Shown here one piece after another: positions 30,526 to 40,096 of a DNA stretch of 64,000 nt. This DNA comes from a bacterium (GTDB taxonomy: Bacteria > Fidelibacterota > Fidelibacteria > Fidelibacterales > Fidelibacteraceae). The stretch is from positions 960,001 to 1,024,000 of the forward strand of contig OY781066.1 in assembly GCA_963676395.1 (NCBI GenBank). The letters run 5' to 3'. The stretch's first letter is position 1. Every line of letters begins with the position of its first letter. The notes beneath the pieces were generated by a model. The model was not told the origin of the DNA. It saw only the letters and a program-made list of their open reading frames with translations, and made no database searches. The position numbers and the translations under genes are program-made.

Positions 30526-33486
30526 CTATCGAACCAACATCATTTTTCTCATCATGATCGCCGGTTCTCCATCGATAATGGCTGACATACGACATAAATA
30601 TACGCCACTGGGGCAGGGCATTCCTGATGCGGTTTCACCAAACCAACGTATACTATAGTTTTGTGGTTCATGATATGAATTTGCCAGCGTAATGATCTCT
30701 TTACCCAGTAGATCATAGATTTTAACACTCACATAACCGCCCACAGGCAAAGAATAACGAACATCGGTATAACTTTGGAATGGATTGGGAATATTTGGCA
30801 ATAATTCCAATTTTACAGGATTTGCCATAAGGAATCTATCGACTTCTTTTACATTAACCGGAATATAACAAGTGATCATATCGTAGCCATCACTGATACG
30901 AATACTGACGATATCTTCGCCTGATGTAAAATTCTCCGTATAAAAAATGATAGCATTATGCTTTAAATCATACATGTGATAGGTAATATTACCATTGATA
31001 ACTTCCCACTCCAATTCGGAGTTTTTATTATCGATATCATAAACGATCTCATCCAAGTATAAGGTGTCTGAGCTATTTGCGTAGAAAGTAATAGAGTCCG
31101 GAAGTTCCATCGTAAAGTAAGGAGCATCATTTACAGCAAACACAGGAATATTCCATACCTTTTTAACCGTTTTCTTGCCATCACTTACAGATATAATGAA
31201 TTTTTCTTTTCCATACCAATCTTCATAAGGCCAGATCTCAACCAGATCTTTCTTTTTCTCAAGATAAAAATTATTCCCCGCATCAAAACTCAACGTTAAA
31301 CTATCCTCTTTGTCAGGATCAAAAACGAATTGTCTAATATAATCATAGGGTAACGCAAGCGAACCATCTTCGGCAATACTCGTATCGGGAAAAGATTTCC
31401 AACGTGGTGGATCGTTTACAGCTTGAACATTGATCTTCATAAATCCGGTATCTTTCAAACCGCCATCACTCACGACAAAGCCGATCTTTGCCGAGCCATT
31501 CCAATCGGGAGCTGAAGCGAGCGTAATACTATTTTGTCGTTCTCTTACGCTTACACCGGGCTGATCGCTAAAATAACTCCACATCAGGTCGGAACGCTTA
31601 GTCTCGACATCTGTAACATATTTACTCAGATATGATTTCGAAATGGACAAGGTATCGTCTTCTTTCCAGGAATGCGCCGGAATATCAGAAACATGAGGCT
31701 TATCATTAACCGAGATAACGCGCAATCTGTAATCCATTGTATCTGCATATTCCCCATCGCTAACGATCATTTTCAATCCTGTATTTCCATACCAATTTTT
31801 GTCTGCCTTAAGCGTAAAACCACTTTCGTTTTCTTTAAAATATATATGCGAGGCCGGCAACAAGGTCCAATCTAGATCTTTGGACGAGGTTTCGGGATCA
31901 TAAACAAGATCATACAATTCATTTTTATTTAAATTTAAGGTCTCATCTTCAAGAAAAGAGCGCTGCGTTTTCTTGCGTTTCCATGCGGGTGCATCATTCA
32001 CGGATAAAACATTCATCCGCCAGATTCTACTATCACTCAACTCACCATCAGATACCATGACCTCCAACGAATCGAAGCCAAACCAGTTATTAGGTGCTGA
32101 GCATCGGACACGCGCTCCATTATAATGTGCACGAATATTGCCAAGGCGACGGATCTGCCATTTCAACTCGCCGGCATCGCTTTCTACATCCTCTGCATAC
32201 TTTTCCAATTCCTCACGAGCAATGACCAATCGTTCATCCTCCAGAAACATGGTGTCCGGCAAAACGCTCAATACAGGCGCATCATTCACCGGAGTCAATT
32301 CTATTTTCCAGAGGGTACTGTCTTTTAATTCGCCGTCGCTGACTGTAAGTAAAAGTTTTTCGGTACCGTACCAGTTTTCATCGGCAATCAATGTCACCTT
32401 TCCACCTTCTGTAGAAATACTGATATGCTCACTGGAAAACACATGAATTTTTAATAGAGAATCCGCTGACTCAACATCGGAAGCATAATCATAAAGCATC
32501 TCCAAGGGAAATTGGCGGTACTCATCTTCAGGGAAACGAAATGAGGTTATACTTTTCCATTGAGGCGCATCATTCACCGGATTGACTTGGATATATTGGA
32601 CTAAGGTATCGTGCGATTCCCTGTCACCTACCCAAAAATACAGGGTATCTTTCCCCGACCAGTTTTCCCGTGGCCTGTAAACATATGCATTCTTGAAACG
32701 ACGACAATTACGAACACCAAATAAAAGACGAAGTTTCAAATCGTCTTGACCATCTTTATCTTCAACACATGCCAGGAGCGAGTCGATAGGCATGCTGATA
32801 TCTACATCTTCGGGGGTTTCTAAAATAGGTCGCTCGCGAACAATACGAGGCAGATCGTTTACGGGCATGACCATAATGGAATAATCAACAGTATCGGAGA
32901 AAATACCTTTTGAATATGTGAGCCTTATATTTGCGTTACCATGCCAGTCGGGCGAGGGAACAACAAACAAGCCACTGTCACTCTGTTCAAGAGACATTAC
33001 GTTTTTGTCGACGGTTGGAGTAAATGCTACTCCTTCAAAAAGCCCATCATTCGGTAGTGCGATAAATAGCGAGTCATCTTCTTGCATTGGAAAAAGTCGG
33101 GTATTCAATAAAGGCAAGGCAGCATTCTCATATACCATCCATTCCTTATCTACCTTCTGAACAAGATCGGGAATGCTATCGCCATTGCAATCAAAGCTAA
33201 GGATAGGGCCACTGTTCTCAGAGAGCTTTAGCGTATCGCCATTATCCCAGGAAATGATAAGCCCTTGCAGACCTACAATTTCTTCGTTCACTCCATTAAG
33301 ATCCAAATCCACCCAAAGCGTATCTGAAAATTTTAATTCTTTTTGATCTCTGATACTTTTTTTTACATCTTTTGTCAGCTTAACGGCCGCTTGCATATCT
33401 CCTGCCAAAATATTTTCCACACCAAAAGCATACACTAAGCAAAATGCTGAAAAAACAAGTATTTTTAAGAGGTTTTGAGATCTCAT
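30526..33486 (-). CDS. Secreted cadherin/Ig-like tandem-repeat protein with C-terminal secretion-sorting domain
   Basis: About seven ~95-aa repeats of pattern ED...D.E....W.G....VSDG...VNDAP; PNIPNPF...SGVYL...KMMLVR end; start placed at ATG 33486. Confidence 0.82.
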   Translation of the reverse strand: MRSQNLLKILVFSAFCLVYAFGVENILAGDMQAAVKLTKDVKKSIRDQKELKFSDTLWVDLDLNGVNEEIVGLQGLIISWDNGDTLKLSENSGPILSFDCNGDSIPDLVQKVDKEWMVYENAALPLLNTRLFPMQEDDSLFIALPNDGLFEGVAFTPTVDKNVMSLEQSDSGLFVVPSPDWHGNANIRLTYSKGIFSDTVDYSIMVMPVNDLPRIVRERPILETPEDVDISMPIDSLLACVEDKDGQDDLKLRLLFGVRNCRRFKNAYVYRPRENWSGKDTLYFWVGDRESHDTLVQYIQVNPVNDAPQWKSITSFRFPEDEYRQFPLEMLYDYASDVESADSLLKIHVFSSEHISISTEGGKVTLIADENWYGTEKLLLTVSDGELKDSTLWKIELTPVNDAPVLSVLPDTMFLEDERLVIAREELEKYAEDVESDAGELKWQIRRLGNIRAHYNGARVRCSAPNNWFGFDSLEVMVSDGELSDSRIWRMNVLSVNDAPAWKRKKTQRSFLEDETLNLNKNELYDLVYDPETSSKDLDWTLLPASHIYFKENESGFTLKADKNWYGNTGLKMIVSDGEYADTMDYRLRVISVNDKPHVSDIPAHSWKEDDTLSISKSYLSKYVTDVETKRSDLMWSYFSDQPGVSVRERQNSITLASAPDWNGSAKIGFVVSDGGLKDTGFMKINVQAVNDPPRWKSFPDTSIAEDGSLALPYDYIRQFVFDPDKEDSLTLSFDAGNNFYLEKKKDLVEIWPYEDWYGKEKFIISVSDGKKTVKKVWNIPVFAVNDAPYFTMELPDSITFYANSSDTLYLDEIVYDIDNKNSELEWEVINGNITYHMYDLKHNAIIFYTENFTSGEDIVSIRISDGYDMITCYIPVNVKEVDRFLMANPVKLELLPNIPNPFQSYTDVRYSLPVGGYVSVKIYDLLGKEIITLANSYHEPQNYSIRWFGETASGMPCPSGVYLCRMSAIIDGEPAIMMRKMMLVR

Positions 33487-33686
33487 TTTCTTCCAATTCA
33501 AGAACCGTTTTACAAACGCCTAAATGTAATTTTAAATGATAACTTGCACAAAGCTTTTTTACACATAAACGTAGTCTTTAAAGCTTGAAAGCATCGTAAT
33601 AAGCTAACTTTAATATTAAAAATTAAATCGTTATTCTCATCTCACTCTCACCCCCCGGTGTTCAGCACAAAATATCATCTAAAAAC

Positions 33687-33708
33687 AAAAAGGCTCCCTT
33701 CGGAGCCT
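33687..33708 (-). terminator. Intrinsic terminator after ileS-dksA
   Basis: AAAA-AGGCTCC-cttc-GGAGCCT. Confidence 0.7.
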
Positions 33709-33745
33709 ATCTTTATACTACCAATCACTGATTTTCAGTTAGCAG

Positions 33746-34141
33746 TTACACTATTTTTGATTTACACTTAACGCAATGTGTTGTATGAGGCACTTCTTCT
33801 AGACGTTCATCGGGAATACGAACACCACATTCTTTGCAGTATCCGTAGTTTTCATCATTTTCGATGCGATCTAACGCCTTATCGAGATAGGTCAAGAACT
33901 TGTTTTCACGCGCATATTGCATGAAAGCCTTTTCTCGTTCCTGAGCATCGGTACCCACATCAGCCATATGATAGGCATAGTTGGAATCCAACTGTGAGCT
34001 TCCGGGCGAGGAATCCATGAAGGATTCGCGCTTGGTCTCGATCTGTGCCACAGCTTCTTCGCGTTTATTGAGAATTACTTCTCTAAAATGCTTGCGTTGA
34101 GCTTTTGTCAGTTTTGGGCCTTGGCGTTTAACTTCCGGCAT
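33746..34141 (-). CDS. TraR/DksA C4-type zinc-finger protein
   Basis: Coiled coil with HMADVGTD tip; YGYCKEC...ERLE..P....CVKC. Confidence 0.9.
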   Translation of the reverse strand: MPEVKRQGPKLTKAQRKHFREVILNKREEAVAQIETKRESFMDSSPGSSQLDSNYAYHMADVGTDAQEREKAFMQYARENKFLTYLDKALDRIENDENYGYCKECGVRIPDERLEEVPHTTHCVKCKSKIV

Positions 34142-34165
34142 AATGTCTTCCTCTTAATGTGTGAA

Positions 34166-37100
34166 TTATTTTACGCGAATAATATTAAGAATTATTCCGT
34201 CATTTCCAACTTTTATTTCTTTACTGGCATCGTATTTATCTGCCTTCTCTTCAAGGAAAGTCGCAAGTGTCTCAGCTTCAAGATATTCACGATACGATTC
34301 AACCGCAGTCAATACATCATTATTTGCATCAATATAAAGCTCAATACGATCGTCAACCTGGAAATCGGCTTCTTTTCGCAGTGTTTGTATATGACGAACA
34401 AGGTCACGAACCAATCCTTCTTTAGCCAGTTCATCCGTGATATTCACATCAAGAATTGCAACATAACCTTTATCTTCTACCGCAACCACGCCATCTTTCT
34501 CATTAACCACAACATTCAGGTCTTGAGGTTCAACGGTGATACCTGCAATAAGCACAGATTCTCCGGCATGAACTTTGGCGGCCAATTCACCACCATCAAG
34601 TTGTTTAATGCCGGCGGCAACCACTTTCATGTCTTTGCCCAATTTCTTGCCAAGCGTATTGAAGTTGGGTTTAACATCGTATGATACATATTCATCAATA
34701 GAGTCCACGAGTGAAACTTTCTTGATATTCAATTCTTCTTTGATCTGATCGGCCAATTCTGTGATGTATGCTTTTTCTTTATCATTCTTGGCTTTAAACA
34801 GCATCTCTGCCAAAGGTTGACGAGTACGAATATTGGCTTTATTACGAGCGGAGCGACCCATCTCAACGGCCTTAATGATGGTATCGATCTTATTTAAGAG
34901 ATCCACATCCAACATGCTTTCGTCGGCAAGCGGGAAATCCTGCAAGTGCACAGATTCGGGGGCAGTCTTGTCTACCGACAACACAAGGTTCTGATAAATG
35001 TCTTCCGTTGCAAAAGGCAAAATAGGTGCAATAGCTGTAATAAGCGTGCGCAATACGGTGTACAGTGTATAATAAGCACCGAATTTATCATTATCGTTTT
35101 CGCTTTTCCAAAAACGGCGGCGTGAACGACGAACATACCAGTTTGACATTTCATCGAGGATCTTTTCGAATTTTCGCATCAGGCGTTCAACGTGATATTC
35201 GCTAAAGTCTTTATTGGCTTCTTTAACGAAAGCGTTCACTTTGGCCAAGGCCCATTTATCCAACTGAGACAAATCGTCGTAAGCAACGGGATCTTTGGTA
35301 GGATCATAGCTATCTATCTCGGCATACGTAATATAGAATGAATACATATTCCAAAGGGTGAGCAGTTTTTTGCGAATTTCATCGGCAGGGCCGTAACCGA
35401 AATTCAAGTTATGCTCGGGATTGTGAGCCGTGTACATCCAGCGCATCACATCTACACCCATCTTGTCTGCAGCTTCGTGGAAAGGAATAGAATTTCCGGC
35501 AGACTTATGCATGTCGTTGCCTTTTTCATCCTTAACAAGTGCATGACCAAGCACGGTTTTAAAAGGTGCGGTATTTTCAAGAACGGTACTCATGGCAAGC
35601 AAGGAATAGAACCAGTTACGGAACTGACCGGGCAGTGATTCTGTAATGAATTCTGCAGGGAACCATTGCTTCCAGTATTCTTTGTTGGTGATATAGTTCA
35701 TGGTTGAATAAGGTACAATACCTGCATCTAACCAAGGGTTGCCTACATCGGGAATACGGTGCGCTTCGGCGCCGCATTTGGAACATTTAATACCAATGTT
35801 ATCAATATAAGGTTTGTGCGGTGAATGGCCATCAAACTCTTCATAACCGCTGATTGCACGATCTTTCAATTCGTCCTTACCGCCGATCACTTCAAAATTA
35901 CCACATTCTTTACATTCCCAGATAGGAAGTGATAAACCCCAGTAGCGTTTCTTAGAGATCATCCAGTCGCCCATGTTGCGCAGCCAGTCCATCTCACGAT
36001 CGTGACCCCAACCGGGGATCCAATTGATCTGATCGACAACTTTCATCATTTCGTGTCGAAGCTCGTCCATAGAGATAAACCATTCATCCACAAGACGGAA
36101 CACCAATTCCGATCCATGGCGCCAACAAGTTGGATAACGGTGTTTGATCTGATCGATCTTATAACAAATATTTTTTTCTTTTAAATTGTCAAATACTTCG
36201 GGTGTGATCTCCTGGCAATTCTTGCCGGTGAGGTAATCAAAGCCATCAACATAGTTACCGAATTCATCAATGGGCGCCAAAACGGAAATATCGTTTTCTT
36301 TAGACAGCTGAAAATCTTCCTTACCGCAACCGGGAGCAATATGCACAATACCGGTACCATCGCTGTCGCTGACTTCATCCCAAGCGATCACAAAATGATC
36401 CACATCTTTTTGAGCCGTTAATTCATCAAAAGGACCATGATATTTTAAGCCAAGAAGATCTTTACCTTTGAGCTCTTCAACAACTTCATGGTCGCCATTT
36501 AAAATGGAAATAAGATTTTTTGCAAGATAGTGATATTCGTCGCCTTGTTTGACTTTAACATAATCCATATCCACATTCACGGCTGCGGCAGTATTCGCGG
36601 CCAGCGTCCAGGGTGTGGTGGTCCATACCAATAGAGATTCGTTTTCTTTGTCTTTTAGTTTAAATTTTACAAAGACGGTTTTATGAGTCAGGTCTTTATA
36701 ACCTTCGGTGGCAATTTCGTGTTCGCTCATGGCAGAACCACAGCGAGGACACCAAGGCATCACATCGTGACCTTTATAAATTAGGCCGCGGTCATAGGCT
36801 TTTTTCAGGAAATGCCAGATCGTGTAATTGTTCTCATCGCTCATGGTGTAATAGGAATTGTCCCAATCCATCCAATAGCCCAGGCGTTTAGACTGCTCGG
36901 TCTGAATACCCGAATACTTGATCACGCGGTCTTTACAAGCCTGCACAAAATTTTCGATCCCGAAGGCTTCGATATCGGTTTTTGATTTAAAGCCATGTTC
37001 TTTTTCCACTTCGACTTCCACCCAGAGACCCTGGCAATCGAAACCATTCTGGTAGCGCAGCTTTTGTCCCAACATAGAATGATAGCGGTTGAACACATCT

Positions 37101-37294
37101 TTTAACGTACGACCCCAGGCATGGTGCACACCCATGGGATTGTTGGCCGTCATCGGACCATCTAAAAATGACCAGCGCGGACCGTTCGCGTTTTGTTCGC
37201 GGCGTTTATTAAAAATAGAATTGTCTTCCCAGAACTTCAGCTGATCATGCTCAAGTTTAATAAAATCCACCTTGGAAGAGACCGGTTTGTACAT
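34166..37294 (-). CDS. ileS: Isoleucine--tRNA ligase, type 2
   Basis: DGPMTAN, GFDCQGL, WTTTPWTL, GTGIVHIAP, DWMISKKRYWG, long type 2 C-terminus; HIGH=GVHH, KMSKS=DMHKS. Confidence 0.96.
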   Translation of the reverse strand: MYKPVSSKVDFIKLEHDQLKFWEDNSIFNKRREQNANGPRWSFLDGPMTANNPMGVHHAWGRTLKDVFNRYHSMLGQKLRYQNGFDCQGLWVEVEVEKEHGFKSKTDIEAFGIENFVQACKDRVIKYSGIQTEQSKRLGYWMDWDNSYYTMSDENNYTIWHFLKKAYDRGLIYKGHDVMPWCPRCGSAMSEHEIATEGYKDLTHKTVFVKFKLKDKENESLLVWTTTPWTLAANTAAAVNVDMDYVKVKQGDEYHYLAKNLISILNGDHEVVEELKGKDLLGLKYHGPFDELTAQKDVDHFVIAWDEVSDSDGTGIVHIAPGCGKEDFQLSKENDISVLAPIDEFGNYVDGFDYLTGKNCQEITPEVFDNLKEKNICYKIDQIKHRYPTCWRHGSELVFRLVDEWFISMDELRHEMMKVVDQINWIPGWGHDREMDWLRNMGDWMISKKRYWGLSLPIWECKECGNFEVIGGKDELKDRAISGYEEFDGHSPHKPYIDNIGIKCSKCGAEAHRIPDVGNPWLDAGIVPYSTMNYITNKEYWKQWFPAEFITESLPGQFRNWFYSLLAMSTVLENTAPFKTVLGHALVKDEKGNDMHKSAGNSIPFHEAADKMGVDVMRWMYTAHNPEHNLNFGYGPADEIRKKLLTLWNMYSFYITYAEIDSYDPTKDPVAYDDLSQLDKWALAKVNAFVKEANKDFSEYHVERLMRKFEKILDEMSNWYVRRSRRRFWKSENDNDKFGAYYTLYTVLRTLITAIAPILPFATEDIYQNLVLSVDKTAPESVHLQDFPLADESMLDVDLLNKIDTIIKAVEMGRSARNKANIRTRQPLAEMLFKAKNDKEKAYITELADQIKEELNIKKVSLVDSIDEYVSYDVKPNFNTLGKKLGKDMKVVAAGIKQLDGGELAAKVHAGESVLIAGITVEPQDLNVVVNEKDGVVAVEDKGYVAILDVNITDELAKEGLVRDLVRHIQTLRKEADFQVDDRIELYIDANNDVLTAVESYREYLEAETLATFLEEKADKYDASKEIKVGNDGIILNIIRVK

Positions 37295-37404
37295 CTTAAA
37301 TTCCTTTGCTTCAAATTCATGTCAATAGCCCAGTAAAATATAATTGTATGTGCTGAAAAACAAGTAATTATCTATTGTTGAAAGAGTTATAAAAATGTTG
37401 CTTT

Positions 37405-37433
37405 GTAGAAACACAGCACTGCTGCGCCTGTAC
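37405..37433. repeat. Degenerate GTAG-type REP-like palindrome
   Basis: GTAGAAACACAGCACTGCTGCGCCTGTAC imperfect hairpin starting with GTAG. Confidence 0.45.
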
Positions 37434-37478
37434 CAGATTATCATGTAAAATTCAGCATGTTATTATCGCAGGAAAGAC

Positions 37479-37597
37479 TATCAGCCGTCAGCCATCAGCT
37501 ATTCAAGACGCATTTGCTGAACGCTATTTGCTGAGAGCTGTTTGCTGTTTGCTGATTGCTGATTGCTGATTGCTGATTGCTGATTGCTAAAAGCTAA
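37479..37597. repeat. Heptamer arrays: ATCAGCC/T units facing TTGCTGA units
   Basis: Five perfect TTGCTGA at 37549-37583 plus variants; three complementary-type units at 37480-37500. Confidence 0.9.
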
Positions 37598-37610
37598 AAA
37601 AAGAAATACA

Positions 37611-37706
37611 CAGAATCCAGAAGCCAGTAGTTAGTAGTCAGAATAAGAATTCAGAAGTCGGAAATCTTCGATATTCTAGCTGCTAAATTCTGGCTACTGA
37701 CTTCTG
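37611..37706. repeat. Inverted degenerate heptamer arrays (CAGWAKY ... RMTWCTG)
   Basis: cagaatc cagaagc cagtagt tagtagt cagaat ... attctgg ctactga cttctg. Confidence 0.7.
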
Positions 37707-37712
37707 TTTGTC

Positions 37713-37759
37713 TGTCATTTCGACCGAATCCGCCAGCCGGCGGAGGAGCGTAGAGATCT
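37713..37759. repeat. REP-like element TGTCATTTCGACCGAA...AGAGATCT with nested palindrome TCCGCCAGCCGGCGGA
   Basis: Palindrome at 37729-37744; related copies at 45478, 47516 and 51759. Confidence 0.7.
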
Positions 37760-37873
37760 ATTCATGAGACAGAGAAATTGAAACGCCTCTATCCACAGAT
37801 CTCGAAAATTTAAAAAATAATATGTTTTTCAGCACCAGTGTGCATAAATTGCTTATAACAAAGAGGAATAAAT

Positions 37874-38329
37874 ATGAAAAAAACACTTTTACTTCTATTA
37901 TCGCTATGTCTGATAGCCTTCTCCTGCCACATGCCCATCCCAGAGCCCACCCTCTCTGAGCTCCCGCTCAACCCTGTGGCTTATGAGCATTACGATTTTT
38001 CATATTGGGCGGATACGGTTCATTATAGCCCGGATAATACGCCCACCGGTGTGAAAATCTTTATTATGGATGACACACTTGTTGTAGATGTCTGTTTTTG
38101 GGACAAAATGGAAGCGACCGATATAGACATGTCTGCTGCCAATAAAGGAGATACACTGGTTCTTAACTTAAATGGCAATTTCAATAAGATCGTCTGCGCC
38201 GATTCGCACTATCTATTCCGATATAAATTTACCGATTTTATCTCTCAAAACTTTTATTACAGAGTGTGGTTTAACAATTCCGAGAACAAATTTGAGGGTT
38301 ACTCGTCTGATGCCTTTGTATTTGAGTAA
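37874..38329 (+). CDS. Hypothetical lipoprotein
   Basis: MKK + hydrophobic stretch + AFSC lipobox-like; RBS AGAGGA. Confidence 0.7.
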   Translation: MKKTLLLLLSLCLIAFSCHMPIPEPTLSELPLNPVAYEHYDFSYWADTVHYSPDNTPTGVKIFIMDDTLVVDVCFWDKMEATDIDMSAANKGDTLVLNLNGNFNKIVCADSHYLFRYKFTDFISQNFYYRVWFNNSENKFEGYSSDAFVFE

Positions 38330-38547
38330 AGTTAATCCGTTCGATTAACTCAGTTTTCTTACTCTCTACTCTTTTGCATTACGAACGAAGTGGAGGTGTC
38401 ATCGCGGACCCCGAAACGTCGGGGCCGACGGATTGTTGATTCAGGATCGGCTCCATTCCACCCGGGCGTGTTTTTCGCGATACATGCACTATTTATTGCA
38501 TTTTTAGTACACGTTTGAGAAATATGTCCCATCCGGCACCATATCAT

Positions 38548-38644
38548 TATCGTATCATATCGTATATTATCGTATCATTTTTAAAACTATTTACATTATT
38601 TTAATATTTGTATCGTATCGTATCATATCGTATATTATCGTATC
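38548..38644 (+). repeat. Two exact 29-bp direct repeats built of TATCG pentamers upstream of the Fic gene
   Basis: TATCGTATCATATCGTATATTATCGTATC at 38548-38576 and 38616-38644. Confidence 0.9.
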
Positions 38645-38670
38645 GTTTTAACAAAAAGCAATAAGATATT

Positions 38671-39714
38671 ATGGTAAGTAAAATTCACACTTTTTCGCTG
38701 GATCTTCAATGGAAGCTGATCAATGACATTTCTAAGATCGATCGTTTCGATGCATCATGGACATCTATAGAAAAAAAGGAAGGTTCCAGTTTACATCAAT
38801 TAAAACAAATTGAAACTGTAAGAAGCGTGGGCGCATCTACCCGAATCGAAGGTTCGCTGATGTCGGATGATGAAATACGGATCTTTCTTGAAAAAGAGAT
38901 CGACATAACAAAGCTCGACGACAGGGATTCCCAGGAAGTTCTGGGCTATTTTGATACCCTGGATATTATCTGTGATTCTTACAACAATATCAATATCACA
39001 GAAAGCGCCATTAAGAACTTGCACAACATCCTCTGCAAATACAGCGAAAAAGACCATTGGCATAAAGGCGATTATAAACAACAGAATAATGCAGTAGAAG
39101 CCACACTGCCGAATGGAGAGAAAAAAACATTGTTCAAAACAACGCCGGCAGGTATTCCTACGGAAAGCGCTATGAGAGAATTGATCGAATGGTATCATGC
39201 CGACAAGAACACACATCCATTGGTCAAATGTGCAAGCTTTGTTTACGATTTTGTGAGCATTCATCCCTTTCAAGATGGGAACGGACGCTTGAGCCGTCTC
39301 TTGACGACTTTATTATTGCTGAAATCCGGATATAAATGGATACAATATGTCAGTTTTGAACATGAGATCGAAAGCAGAAAGAGTGAATATTATTCTGTAC
39401 TAAGGACGTGTCAGGCTAAACGCCCGAATGAAAACATCACACCCTGGAACGAATTCTTTTTCTCGGCTTTATCTAACATTCAAGAACAATTAATGGCCAA
39501 ACTTGAACACGAAGGATCCGGATCGGAATTATCAATGAGGGAAAAAATCATTGTCACGTATATTGCAGGGCACCCGGGGTGCAGATCCGGAGACATTTCA
39601 GATAAACTTGATATCCCTCTGCCCAGTGTTAAACGATTACTCGCCGAGCTTTACAGGAAAAACCTGATCGACCGGCATGGGTCCGGTCCGGGAACACATT
39701 ATACCGCCAATTAA
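38671..39714 (+). CDS. Fic-family protein with C-terminal winged HTH
   Basis: HPFQDGNGRLSR catalytic motif; N-terminal STRIEG inhibitory motif; C-terminal HTH ending G.GPGTHY. Confidence 0.92.
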   Translation: MVSKIHTFSLDLQWKLINDISKIDRFDASWTSIEKKEGSSLHQLKQIETVRSVGASTRIEGSLMSDDEIRIFLEKEIDITKLDDRDSQEVLGYFDTLDIICDSYNNINITESAIKNLHNILCKYSEKDHWHKGDYKQQNNAVEATLPNGEKKTLFKTTPAGIPTESAMRELIEWYHADKNTHPLVKCASFVYDFVSIHPFQDGNGRLSRLLTTLLLLKSGYKWIQYVSFEHEIESRKSEYYSVLRTCQAKRPNENITPWNEFFFSALSNIQEQLMAKLEHEGSGSELSMREKIIVTYIAGHPGCRSGDISDKLDIPLPSVKRLLAELYRKNLIDRHGSGPGTHYTAN

Positions 39715-39814
39715 TAATTTACGATCTTAAACCATAAACATTAAACGTTTACGCCCCCGCTCGGAACGAGAGCATGAGTGTAAGTGAATACGATGGTACG
39801 AAATTCAACCTCCC

Positions 39815-40002
39815 GATCGTACTACGTACTGTCGTACTTTCGCACCCTCGAAATTCTCAATCGCACGCTCTTCCCCACCTGCTCTCGTACGCTCGTTTTG
39901 TGATGCCCGTCACACAATCAATCACAACACATCTGCCTACTGCTTACCGCCTACACTCTGCCTACCGCCTAGTGCATAGTGCATAGTGCATAGTGCCTAC
40001 TG
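39815..40002 (+). repeat. Mosaic of short degenerate tandem repeats (TCGTACT-like, CTGCCTA-like, GTGCATA x3)
   Basis: Read directly; for example agtgcat agtgcat agtgcat agtgcct at 39971-39998. Confidence 0.75.
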
Positions 40003-40011
40003 ATCCTTAAT

Positions 40012-40085
40012 TCCCTGATTTCCAACAATTTAAATTACTATTTGCAAAGTTCAGCTAATTTCCACATATTGTTCCTTTAATTAAA
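40012..40085 (+). promoter_or_regulatory. Repeated ~74-bp promoter-bearing leader, module A copy 1
   Basis: TTGCAA-17 bp-CATATT; similar copies at 40892 and 47884. Confidence 0.7.
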
Positions 40086-40096
40086 TTCAAAATACT

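Noticed and set aside
34088..34684. 198-aa plus-strand ORF and the many other short antisense or overlapping ORFs in the track
   Set aside because: These are shadows of well-supported genes (here ileS and dksA) with no motifs of their own.
37295..37480. T-box leader upstream of ileS
   Set aside because: No T-box consensus or terminator/antiterminator pair was recognised on the minus strand.
38359..38547. 62-aa minus-strand ORF
   Set aside because: It overlaps a palindromic repeat element and has no recognisable features.
39774..39986. 70-aa ORF after the Fic gene
   Set aside because: It runs through the short-repeat mosaic and gives a low-complexity product (AYRLHS repeats); probably spurious.
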